DNA from: Balanoglossus misakiensis
Taxonomy: Eukaryota > Animalia > Hemichordata
NCBI GenBank assembly: GCA_040954595.2
Contig: CM082582.2
Location: 12,545,777 to 12,609,776 of the forward strand
Direction: 5' to 3'
DNA length: 64,000 bases
The notes beneath the pieces were generated by a model. It saw nothing but the letters and a program-made list of their open reading frames with translations. It ran no database searches and was not told where the DNA came from. Made by a program: the position numbers and the translations under genes. Below are positions 26,655-39,483 of this stretch, in pieces. Positions within the stretch are counted from its first letter, which is position 1; each line of letters starts with the position of its first letter.

Positions 26655-29302
26655 CTAACATACAGTCCCACTGCATTGACTAATGGTCGATTTATTGACT
26701 GGAGTCTCAGCAACAGCACTCATGAAATAACTCCTGGCATTTTCAATCAACGTCGTCAGCCCCTTCTTGAACTGTGAGCTGAATGTCAAGTACAGAACGA
26801 AGTTGTAAATTGTGCTGAAGACTGCCAGTGCCAATCGTGCTTCGAACCATATTGTATCGTTCTGTGTGCTGTCACTGTGGTCTGTCATTTTCTGAGGGGA
26901 AAAGGGAAAAACGATGATTAATTACTCGAATAATTTTGAGAAAACCTGACGTGTATCACCACCATTCGTTTTACTAGTTTTAAGTGCTTTCCATCACCTC
27001 TATAGGTCGCATATGTGGCATACTGACATTGAAATAATATTATAACTCTTTACTTACGGCAATCAGGAAAACGGTGAAATATGGTAGCCATGACAACCCA
27101 AACAACACGGTCACCGTCACCAACATAGCCACAACCCTGAGTCTCTTCCTCTGGATAACAAAGTTATTGTTTGTTGAAGTTCCCGAATCACTCATCACGC
27201 GTTTGCTGACGTGGCACAGGTACATGACGACACGTGAGTAGTTACAGATCATTACACAGAATGGTATTAAATACATTGTCATGATTACAAGGAAGGTGTT
27301 AAACATGATGAAATGTTGCGACGTCCCTCTGTTGGAACACGACAGCCAGGTCACGTTGTTGTTACCGTGGTGATCGGTTTGCCAGCTGACCCTGTACTCT
27401 ATCAGTGTAGGCATGGCAACAAGGCAAGCTAGTATCCAGGTTCCGGCGACCAGGTATCTGCAACTGCGCATGTTGAACTGCGCCTCCGATGATTTGGCGA
27501 TCGCCCGGTATCGTTCCCATGACAATGTAACAAGACAATATGTCGCGTTCGCGATGAAGAACAGTGGTAGGAAGTTCACTGTTTTACAAGCGAACTCACC
27601 TGAAAATAAATAACAAAAATGCTTTTGGAATACACAGGATCGAAAAATCGTCTCTCCAATAAAACACTTGGTTGGGCGGGGGGGGGGGGGGGAGCGAAAA
27701 CGTAAGAAGAAATGCCCATGAAAAAGTTATATTCGCATCCCCGTTATGCGTTTAGTGAACAGGAAATTAGACTTAAAGATTTCAATTTGGAAACGCAGAG
27801 TTATTCAAATTACTTTAGTGGCGGCATCTGATTGAGAGATGATTGGTTGATGAGACTTTGGGGCGCATTAGATTTTTAATACTTTTTCTCGGATCAAAAC
27901 AAAACGCTTTTCCTAATCTTTTCTTCCTTTAAATTGACCAAGGTCTGCCTAAGGATCTACGACATGCATGTTCTAGCGTCTTTCAATCTTTATGCAAATT
28001 AGTAGGCGTCTGGTGACTAACTATTGCTCACTTGGTTGCCACATTGCCTAGGAGATAAGGTTTCTTGAAGTGTGCGATGACCTCAGGCGATCCTTTGGGT
28101 TTTGCAGTGAAATCGGCATTTGAATAAAGGGGCAATAACCCTGCTTGAGACGGTATATTGATCTTCTATTCTTGTTTTCGTCTCGTAAATTTCTAATTGC
28201 CTGTTAATATCAGGGGAGATTTAGGAAACGTGACGTCAAACATGTCAAATGCATACGAATTAAATGCAACAATAGGCCTGTCACTTCTCATCAAGAAAAC
28301 GGAGCGCATTTATGATTGGCACCCGGACTATCGGAGGTAAATTCAAGCACTGTGCTTGTAATCCATTTTATTTCCAACCAGTGAGAGGCAATCGTTTATT
28401 TTTTTGACTCGCAAGAAATCTGCCAACAAAGAGCTTTGAAAATCCCATTGATTTCAGTTATTCGTCACGAAATAGACTTCCTTGGCAGTGCAGTCGGTGA
28501 CTGAGCAAACACATCCAATGACTGTTTCGTCTAAGTCGCTGCTCGTAGCACCAGACAAACTAAGAGCATTGAAACATATTTATTTTATAATAAATGTTTT
28601 CAAAGGGAGAAGCAATTGGATATTTTTTCCTCTGGTGGTTTCCTTTCTTCTCACTTCTTCGATTCCTGTCCCACAGGTGTGCATGAATATTAGAACTGCA
28701 CCTGATCAACAGAAGCTTTAGATTAACGCAGCAGTGACGTCACGTAGTCGTGATTCCTAGATTCCCACAATGCAACGCTGCTTGTTACAGCATGGGCCTC
28801 AACGTGTTGACACGAAGCTGGGGTGTATACGTGCCCGAGGTATACGCATTGATTGAAGTAAACAAACTGATTCAGAGTTGAAATATCAATCATGTACAAT
28901 GCGATATCTAATCGAATCCCAAGCCGCGATTTTATCAACAGAACATAAAACCGTTAGCACGAGAATATCCTTGCACTGTCTTTCTCCAGAAAGCGTCTGC
29001 CATCCTCTGGGACCCCCACCTCAATGACTATTTAGTTTTGAAATAATACCTTTATAAATAAATAGATGGGTTTACGTACCTTCATAGAAGTCACCGCTGT
29101 GAGTGATGTCGTGCATGTTTTGTGGTAGGACCGCCACGACGAATAACAGATCGCTGACAGCCAGATTGGTGATCAGCATATAAGTGACATTCTGCATTCG
29201 CTTGTTGGTGGCGACGACCAATATTATGATGACGTTCAAAGTGGCCGACACCACCACAAAAAGTGACATGAAGACTATGAAAATCAGGTCTTCCATATCC
29301 AT
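26655..29302 (-). CDS. Rhodopsin-family peptide-type GPCR, copy 2 (tandem paralog of copy 1), 3 coding exons, about 333 aa
   Basis: Exons 29302-29080, 27599-27058, 26891-26655 (1002 nt); same intron positions and phases as copy 1. NLAVSD, ACKTVNFLP...SWERYRAI, FGLSWLPYF, YNFVLY. Start codon uncertain. Confidence 0.87.
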
Positions 29303-32300
29303 GCTAAGGTGTCCAGTTGATGTGTGATTCGGGATTTGAACAAGACTCGATATATAACAGTTAGCAACTTGGCAGCACGTTTCCACACAGATTAGGAGCT
29401 CGGCACAACGATCGTGGGAGAGATTTCTGATAATTGCTTAATGAGGCCAGCTACGACTGGGCACAGTCAATAACCTATAACGCCGTAAGCCAACGTTATT
29501 TGCCAAAAGAGAACTTTTGTTTGCCACGCCCTTTCCTTCAGTTGCACTTAGGAATGATCGATGGAGGACTTGCGTTATCTGGACAAAGAAACAGAAATAT
29601 TGTTCAATTACTATTCGAGTGATGGAGAAGAGGAAACTGATAAAGAATTCAAATGAAACTCTTTGATTGCATCTTAAAATGACCCTTTCTTGCGATGAAA
29701 CGAAGCGTTCACTCAATATCAAAGGGGAAATTCGTGGCGCGTATCGTGTTCCTGAAGTTAAAGAGGCAATTTTCGATTTCTCTGTCTCCCCTGGTTCTTG
29801 TTGACATTGAATATTCAGGTGGTAGAGAGGCCTTGGTTTCCCACTGACCGATCTATGAGCATATAAACGCCCGAATATCACACAAATGGGTAGATAGCTC
29901 AATAACTCTCCTTTCGAATGTCAGAAGGGTGCACTGTTTGAAAACTGTTGCGTTACAGCACGGTCACTGTGTGGAGTGACCGTGGTTACAGCTGTACTGG
30001 AGTTTACATGCAAATGTTACATGGCCCACTTTTAGAATCAATTCTTTTAGAACACGGTGGTTAAATTTGCATCAGTGACCGTATCATAAATATGTGAATA
30101 TACATTGTACTTCAAACGTGATAACTAAAACAAGCATAGTTCCATTAAAACCTTCCTTGCATTAAAGTTTCTGTACTGCTTGTACACACTACCACCGAGA
30201 TTAATACATTTAGTTTCCTTTTTTACGTCGTAATATGAAACCAACATCATGGGACAAAAACAAATTATACAGTTTACTTAAGACTAAAACAAAGACAAAA
30301 ATGCGTTGATCTTATGACTGATGTCTCAACGGCCTAGCAATGCCCGCCGCTATAAATTCACACACTACTGGGTGTAGGTAGCGAGCGACGAGACGGATGA
30401 AATCATCGGTAAAGAGTTCCCGTACATAATAATAAAGTATGACCATTTTGCATGTGTTGTATAGCTGGTGGAATTGTTTCATTATAAGAAATACAAATGA
30501 TTCCTAATTAAATGGAAACGACAGAAAAAAGATAACTACAGAAACTCACCAGATATTTGCATTGCATCAACTCCATTCACGATATCGTGCATGTGTATCT
30601 TCGAATGACGATACTGTGAATTTACCTAGAAGGCGGTTTACTCAGTTTGTATCAATGCTCCAAGGTGTGTAGATCCTTTCCGTTTCACAATGTCGTTTAA
30701 TCTAAAGCCTGACGCAACACGTCTTTACGGTCGCAATGGTCTATATATTAGCCAGTTACAACCAGTCACTATGACGAGGTTCGGAGACTAACAGGTGATA
30801 TTACACTCCAAGGAAACATATAAATAAACGCGATGAATATATTAAAACCTGGCTGACGACTTATGAATACACGCCTGGCGACATCATTACACACCTAGAG
30901 TCGATACCTTTGGCAACTGTGTCTACTATATCAAAACGTGGCACTGGCTCCTATACTTGATCTCAATGTCAGCTGGGGCGGTATTTATGATGGTGATAGC
31001 ATTTCAATATCCATGTGTTGCATGGGTTCGTGCCTATACTTTAATCAATTGTCACACATCTACCAAATGCGCTGCTACCGTGACCATGAAAACAGCAAGG
31101 GGTTTACTTTGAAAACTCCGAACCGACTGATCACTGGTTCAACCGTCAAATGTGTGCTGTGCTGTGTTTGGTGATATCGAATTGTACACTTTATTTATTG
31201 TGGCCGTACTTCTCTTTAAAATGTGGATCGTATATACAGTCAATCTCTCGTTGCTTCCACAAATGCCCCTGCTGGGGACGGAATCGTTGACGTCTTCGAT
31301 TCGATTAACTCATCTACTCAGACTTTAACGCGCACATCATGAAATGAGGTCGCTTATTTGAGATCGCTTCTGATGCAGGCACTCACAGAGGCAATATCTA
31401 TTCGATGACGAAGATCAGTTATAATGGCAAAATTTGATACAAACTACAATATTGCACAAAATTAGCTGACACCATGCCATATGAAGTTATGCGATAGTTT
31501 CCGTACGGTGACAGACTTTTGTCTTCTCAGTATCATAACTTCCACGATGATCATGCAACTGGTAGAGGCAAACTTACTTGCAAACTGTGCTTTAGACGTT
31601 GAACTTCAGAAAACACAGATCAATGACTATACTCTCCCCTCTCTCCATGTCTAACACGCCCGCGTCCTTCTCCCCCTCTCAAAAACTGCATTCTATGCAT
31701 TTTGTGAGCCACGTTTCATGTCCCTGTTAAGCTCTGAGGCGAAGTGACTTATTAGGACTCTACTAGTGCCATTGGAAGTCATAACATCACTTCAACACTT
31801 TATCAAAGGCTATTGAATGTTGCACGAAATGAATTACAAGCCCTACACTAATAATAACCATTACCTGTTAATTTACGTTTTTCTGAGGATCTATATTTTC
31901 TCATCGTATTATCAAAGGTCAGCTACAGCGGTTACCATTGGCTCATCGGCGGGCCCCCCACTGGTCTGGCGGTAGAAGAACTGGCTCGGTTCGTGATATA
32001 CCACTGTAACGCCCCAGGATGACCACTTAAGTAGGTGTGAATTACACCACCTAGACGGGCTGGCTCTGTTACTTACAACTTGATCTGAACTTGTTAATGA
32101 CGGATCATCGATCGTCTACACGATAACTCTTTTCGGCCATCTTTAATCGTCATTCAGTTCACATCTGGTTAGAAGTAGGGCGCGGCCTCAGCTGGCGGTC
32201 TTGCGCCATCTTTCCGTTTGTTCGTGAATAGGTAATGAGTTGAAATTAACGTGATAATGATACAAGCTTCTTCTTAATTAATGCGGCTTATTATAATCAA

Positions 32301-35300
32301 AGTATCTGAACGCAACAGCTGTTGCATCAATGTATAAACTGTTAGTTCAAACTTAGATTTGAAAGCTACAATCGTTGCAAAATATTGCTTTGTCAACGTA
32401 TTTTGCGGTGGAGTTTTCAATTTCCTGTTCTGGTATTAAACTTCTGAAAACACAGATGTGAGTGCTGACGGTTGGGCAATGTACCAATCCTCTAGCGTAT
32501 ATCAGTCAGGTAATTGAAGGAAACAGCATTTGCTCGACTTAATTTCAGAGCTCCCTCCAAAGGTAGATTCGTTATTGGCTGTCTCCCTATACACGCACAC
32601 GTCCGCCCACACAATACCAGCTATTAGCTTCGGCATAGCCTTCCTGTGCCAAAAATCATTCAGAGTAAATACATTATTTATTGGCTTATTGAGTAAGCCA
32701 TCCCTGAAGTCTACAAATATTATGAAAATTCCTTATTTTTTAAAACACCTTTTACAAATGTTGTGAAATTGCTTTTTCGAAAGTCTCTTCTTCCTTGCTG
32801 AAACATTGTTTTTTTAATAAGTCCTCTCACTGCGCGCAAATCGAACTTTGCTTTGTCGCCAATCTGTGGCATGTATTCAGAACCTCGTGAACTCTGGTCT
32901 ACATCTACAGGAAATCAAAATCTAAAACCCAGCTCATCAACCTACATTCCCGTTTTAGACATCCTGCCTTTTAGTAATTGAAAACATTTCTCATTTTTTT
33001 CAATAAAGACACGACAGTTGACATTTACGTGCACAAATATGGCAAACAATTTGTCAAATAATATACACTGCGTTTACGCAAATAGAATTCAGTCTTATCC
33101 GGTGAACGCCATGAAAGTTAAAGAGTCCATTGGGACCTGGCAGATCCATCGGTTTACTGCAAAACGTCGTAAAATTGTACTGAACTCAATATACCTATCG
33201 TTTCCAATATTACCAGATTTCAAAAACATGTACATCGCCATAACTCGATATTCAGTGCGTCTGTTTGAGAATAATAGAACTTTAAAATTGACTCTTTGTT
33301 GAATTATGTCCATCCCTCTCATAATGGACTGTGATTCAACGTCGGTCTGGGTAAAAAGTAAAATATGTATAGATTTAACTCTTAATAATTCATTGGCAAC
33401 CTTATTTTATCTAACCTGAAAAAGATAGACAGAGTCATATGTGCCTTTTGACAAATGGCAAGCAATCATCCGATGTTATATACGACGACATTTAAATGTC
33501 AGTCTGTAAACACTTTGAGAAAGTCTATTGAGGCTTATCAGATCCATGGTAACCGTTCTATATCGACTAAAACGCGGTTGAATGTGGAAACTACAAGAAT
33601 CGAAATTCAATAGTACTTTAGCGGTGCTTCATTTCGGTGTTTTCGTTGAGGAGAGGGAGCGTCTCAATCGATGAGCTGGTTCACCTGGCAACCCGCATCC
33701 CGTGGTACTTTCGGTCAAAGAAACTAAAAATTGCCGCAAGTGTTCTTGCAAAATGGTTTTGTCATCTCGATAAGTAGCTTTAAGGTATATGCGGAAACTG
33801 GACAATCACTCGTCTGTGATTAAAGTTGAGAAATCGGTTTATACTATTGATCAACGAGGCAGATAATCAGTTACAGGTACCATGAAAAGTTCAAATGTTG
33901 CCAATCAAACATTTTCATGAGGTAGCCACGCGAAAAAGTGCGCCACGAAACGGTCGTTCCAAGACTACCCCCCTTAAGTCATGTAGGCGTTTGGATGAAT
34001 GCACTGACATACAGTTTTCGAAGAGTTTTGTCGCTGGCCAAAACGTCATCTGCTCCGTTTGCTTAACTCGGTGTGGAGGATACTCTCGGCTGGAAACAGC
34101 TTTCAGCCCACAATGTCACGGAAGACGCTGAGAAAGAAAACGTTTCTTCCGTCGTGTGCAGAGTATCATTTTAAATCCGCGAATGGTGTCGGATTTCTGT
34201 TTTAATCAGGAAATGTCACGCAGTCTGATAAAAGCTCCACAAGGCTTGGCGAAGCAAACGTGAACGACTAAGCACCGACTCGTGATGTCGAATGAAAAAC
34301 GCGCGATTTTCCAACATAGACCGCATTGGGTTTAACCTATAGGGTACCACTGAAACGAATTTTATATATACGTTACTGGACTTTTGAGTTTTGAATGCAA
34401 TGGCGCATGTGAGTTGGGTTTTTGGATAATGCTATTAATAAAGACCATGTTTCTCCTAGATCTTTGTTACATTACATGTATTTAGAATATCAATATACAT
34501 GTAAGAGAAACATGAGAATTTTGTTTGAACTGTCCAAACATTAACTCTATACGCAAGCACGCACGCACGACAGAGCGTGTCAAATTCAAAGAGGTTTGCT
34601 GGCAGGAATTCGCTGACAATTTATGAGCGTGGTTTGCACGAACATATTAAATCAAAATTGTAATAAATATCTTATAAAACCAGAATCAATTTTCAGTACA
34701 CTCGCGTTGGCCTAGTTTAAGTTTGCCAGCATCACTAGAAATCTCCTGCACCGGCACAGTTGAGTCGTTTATCTACCTGCATTGTGTGTACAATTACTCG
34801 TAATAAAAAACAGCGGCTTGTATAAGTCCACTCGTGTGGTCTATTCAGGCGAATGAGCGCTGACACAAAAGCGTTCTGAAGTGACAATGCTTAGCAACTG
34901 CGGCCTTTCAAGGCAGAGCGACAGCTCCTCAAAAACCAAGATGTGGTACTTCATTGATTACAGGTGCTCTCGTTGTTTCTAGATGTTGCCACTTTTCAAG
35001 CTTGTCTTCAGTTGTCAATTGTGTACATTGGTGAGAGAGGTTTTCAGCGTCGTTTTCATTGTCACTTAGTGGACACATCTGAAGATCATTAAATATTTCG
35101 CATGGAAAAAAGTATCTTCATAAAATTTTGACCGATATACCCATGCGAACCTCACAAGATAATTAAACTATTAGATAGAAAGGAATGCCTCACGCCAGGT
35201 ATACAAAAACTCAAATTTGCCGCAAGAAGTCTGTGCCAACTGCTGCACACACAATTATTTGCATTGCAGATATTGAGAGGTCCCCTTTTCGCCCGTGGTG

Positions 35301-36726
35301 GTAACCGTTTATAATTTACGCCTTCCCCTGGGTAAACGTCGTTACAAAGAGTAAATATAAAATAATGATCTTGTCATACGAAAGCTTTCCAAAAATTTAA
35401 TCTGGGATAAAGTCTTCGATCATGAATAAACAATTTGTAATTTCACAAATAAAGTTTTTTTTTTCTGGGTCACTTAGTGAACATGAATATGGGGTCGTTG
35501 TGCGCATTACTTTAAATAGGGTTTTGCTTCCTAAGTGATTGATAAAGGTTGAACAGTTGAACAAGTTCCATATACTAACTACAAAGACTTAACTTTTAGA
35601 TGGATAGAAGTCATGAAATGCGAGTAAAATCTTCAAAATCTACAGTGAGTTGTCGACCCTTTTACCCACAATGCAATTATTTTAATGTTATTTGATCCCT
35701 AGCACGGCAACCGAATGTGCTGTTACTCGTGTTTCAATTTATACCGGGTTCATTCGTTCCAAGTTAAAGTCACCATCGTTTAATGTAAAAAAGTCACAGA
35801 ATACTGCTGATGTACCACCTGATGATACACATAGATTGCCTTTCGAACGAAGGCCGGTGTTCAAGGTCGGTTAGACGATCATCAGAAGTAGAACTAACGC
35901 AATTATATGACGCTGTAAGTTGCTGACAAGCAAACATGTTTATGAATACGCGATGCAAAGGATACAAACATGTCCACCCGCTGTTCAAGTGGAGCTTGGT
36001 GAACTACGATACGATGACCCTGTTATTATTCCTTGAGGTGCTCAATGAAAGTCCCTGTGTTGACTGTACTAAATTGTCATTCTCAACGGAATCCTCTGTC
36101 AACAGGAAAGGAAAGTCCTGAAACGTCGCAGGGTGTAGTCACTACTTCCCTTTCACTTCCATGCACTCGGGATATTTACATCAAAAACCACGGAAAAGTA
36201 CTTAACCTTCGGTTGCTCATGTGTATCCTGGAGCTTTAAAAACATGGATGGGGTACCATTATACAGACATCTTGTACTACAGTAAAGCTTATTGTTTACA
36301 ACAAGTACGTTGAAATGTTGATAAACATTTCAGACAGTACCACCGGTATGGCTGTTATCCAATGAGTGACTTCCTCTTACACTCAGCTTATCTACTCAAT
36401 TTGCATATTTGCCATTTGGACCTCGACACTTATGATTGGTCAATTACTCTGAGCGCATCTGCAACAGGTGCAACGTAGACCCTTTTCATTCACCGAAATG
36501 TCCTTCCGCATCTCTGCCATAAACTCTTACAGTTCAAGTTTGCTGTAAAATGCTTCAATGGCATGATCTATTTGCAACAGCATTGCTTAATTACCAGTTT
36601 TGATGGAATGGGTATCGACGTTAGACCCGCTGAGGGCGTTCACGACAAGACCCATATTCCAAAAGTCTTGCTGAACAGTGATTGTATTTGGAAATTAGCC
36701 AGCTAAGTTGATGAACGCCACTTCGA

Positions 36727-36900
36727 GTCAACATGTACAGGGTTCAAATCGGCGGGGTGCATCATCAATTCCTGTAATCTAGACGCTAACATCACCTCAC
36801 GACCTGGTGACAGCTTCAGATAAATGGAAATACGCTAAGGGACGTTTCGGATGGCGAAAGAGTTATTCGTAGCCTGGGGGCTCCCAGCACCACAGGATTT
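36727..36900 (+). pseudogene. Decayed fragment homologous to the 5' end of FAM210B exon 1
   Basis: VNMYRVQIGGV versus FAM210B VNMYRVQISGV (26/33 nt, mostly synonymous differences). After in-frame stops the same frame gives QLQIN and APSTT, matching FAM210B RQLQLN and APSTA. Confidence 0.6.
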
Positions 36901-37326
36901 CTATTTAGGGTTCATTGAGGCGAAGAGGTTTCACCTTGACCTCTGACAGTGTTCTGTCTCTTCCAAGTGACATACTTGTCATCAACAAAGTCCGTTCTGT
37001 TCGGGGACAGAGATCCAAGCTGATCTATTCTCGCCTCTTTGTGTGTATCTGTGTTGTGCTTGACCGTATATGTTTGCTTGAGTGCAGATTTCAGAAAAAC
37101 ATAAATTCGTAGCTCCGACCAAACCTGTTACATAGATTTCCACGATTCTTTCGTTGATTATTTTTAATCATTCTTGGTCAACTTATCTTTTGCAATGCTA
37201 AAAATTTCAAACTTTAATTTATTTGCAAAATCCGACACAAGAATATTGCACAGTACACATATTTACAAAATTTTACCCCGCCCGAAATATAGACAAAGTG
37301 AATCATTCCTAGATCCTATGGTTCTG

Positions 37327-39108
37327 TCACAGCTTTGACGCAGCTTTCATGAAGCCTTTCGTTGCATCCGAAGACATCTCGTTGTTGATGGCGTCATCAA
37401 AGTCTCTCAATACATCCGCATACATGCCTTTCTTCATCGCAACCAAGGTCTTTCGATTAATCCCTTGCTTGCCTGAAATAATAAAAAGAGGACTTGCAGC
37501 GAACAGTACAGTAGGAAATCATAATATTATGCTGTAAATGTTTACATAACCAAAGAACCCCCGACCTCAGGCAAATCATTGCATAGAACATACTGTATCT
37601 CTTTCCATTCCATTCTTTTACACTGAGAACTTACCGACCGCCTTCTTCGCCAGAGCGACTGAAAGATCTAAAAGACCTGCGTTTTCTGTCACTGCATCGA
37701 CTATTCCAAGATCAAGCGCTTCCTCTGCCGTGAAACGTTTTCCAAACAAAGCCATGTCCCTCAGTGTAGACATCGGGAACCGTTTACTGAAGAATAAAAA
37801 CAAAATTCCTATTAAACCTGTAATTACTAAATAATTATTAGTGAGTGATTTTTAATTAATTATTTATTTTATTCATTCATTCATTCATTCATTCATTCAT
37901 TCATTCATTCATTCATTCATTCATTCATTCATTCATTCATTCATTCATTCATTCATTCATTCATTCATTCTAAACATCTATACACTGTTAATGTAACCAT
38001 ATTAATTAATTACTCAATCAATCGTTAAATTTATCAACCAATCAATCAATTAGTTAATTAGACATGATTTATATTCAGTGCTTTTTAAAGGTACATAAAC
38101 ATACTTCATGATGGCGAACGTTTGCGTAGAAAATAATACACCCACGTGGATCTCGGACAAACAGAACCACCCCTGACGAGTTCTCATGACGCGAAAGTCG
38201 TGATAAAATGTAAAAGCTGCACCGCCAGCATATGCGTGACCTAAAAAGGAGCAAAATGGTAATCAAGGATGGGTGGAACAAATTAATCTCTATCTATCCA
38301 TGGATGGATCTGTCGATTAACTAGATTAAACGATCAATCGATGGTTCAGTTAATCAATCAATCAACCAACCAATCAGTGATCAGGAGGTTCAATTTGAAG
38401 TTGCTGGCGCAATAAGAGGAAACCCTTACCATTGATTGCGGCTATGGTAGGCATTGGGAACATCAATATTCTCTTTTGAAGGCGAAAGAAGAGATTTGTC
38501 ATATTCTCAGCTGTGGCTTTGTCTTGTTGACCTACCCATTTCAAATCGATTCCATTGGAGTAAAATTTTCCGACCCCAGTTGTGATGAGGGCCACTGCAT
38601 CTGACCTAACACAAAATAGTTATTGGTAGTTTGAAAGTAAAACAAGATAGTTGTCGTCTTTTCTGGGCCGGAAGTTCTCAGTAAATGGGTCGTCGAAACT
38701 GTCACAGAACAACTGCATTGAACACATAGGTCAAAGTGCAAAGGTCTTTGCTTGCTTGAGCAATCACAGTAATCATTCAAATTGATCCAGAGATTTTGAG
38801 GAAAAGGCACAGAAAAGTGGCCTATAAGTATTACTTGGAATGTGTAGTCCATTACTGAAACTTTTATATACGTATACCTGTACTTGTCGAGGTCATATAA
38901 AGTCACTTTATCGCAATCGTCCTGAGCTGTTGAACTTCTAACCCTGTATTTACATTTTGACTGCCTACCTTTCGACTTCGTCGAGGGCCTGCAGCATCGA
39001 CGTTACTGACTCAATGTTCCAATGGTTTTCCCCATTATTCATGTAAAGAATCGCGATGCCATTTACGTATTGGACAAAGTATTTTGGCTTTCCCGCAAAG
39101 TCAGCCAT
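37327..39108 (-). CDS. Peroxisomal enoyl-CoA delta-isomerase (crotonase superfamily, plant ECI-like), 5 exons, 249 aa
   Basis: Exons 39108-38969, 38605-38430, 38240-38105, 37786-37635, 37472-37327 (750 nt). GKFYSNGIDL, PMPTIAAINGHAYAGG, HDFRVM...WFCLSEI; C-terminus AASKL is a PTS1. Confidence 0.9.
37871..37970. repeat. (ATTC)25 perfect microsatellite in isomerase intron 3
   Basis: 100 bp uninterrupted ATTC repeat. Confidence 0.97.
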
Positions 39109-39483
39109 ACTGAACAAACGCCCACCTGTCAATGTAGTGTAAACTCATAGCGCCCTCTTGTACTAGAAACCTAAACGGTCTCTGCGAATGTGAGATTTTA
39201 ATATAGTCCACTTGCGACCCGGACTATTAACGGTGGGTGGAAGGTCGTTGATCACATGACTTTAAGGTCAGCGACCGGTGCATGCAGGAGTCGACGAACT
39301 GAAGACTTGTTAGGTATTGGTCCGGGTGTGGACTCCGCCCAGGTGATGTAGATGTGCTGGGGACTTTGATCTCAGTTGTACTAGTTACTACAGTATTTAC
39401 TGCTATGTCCGCTGTTTGCCTTGTCGAGCACGACGTGCAGCCATAAGTACACGTGTACGTGCATAGTAGCTCTCCCGACCAAG

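Noticed and set aside
29438-29902. 154-aa minus-strand ORF upstream of GPCR2, and the 115-aa ORF at 25796-26143
   Set aside because: No recognisable homology or domain (the 154-aa ORF also has a non-ATG start); likely non-coding.
32300-36600. Possible hidden gene or autonomous transposon in the gene-poor interval
   Set aside because: I could not find exon chains or transposase/reverse-transcriptase motifs by eye; a blastx or RepeatMasker run would be needed to exclude degraded elements.
36738-36752. GGGTTCAAATC resembling a tRNA/SINE B-box
   Set aside because: No A-box or cloverleaf; better explained by codon-level homology to the FAM210B start.
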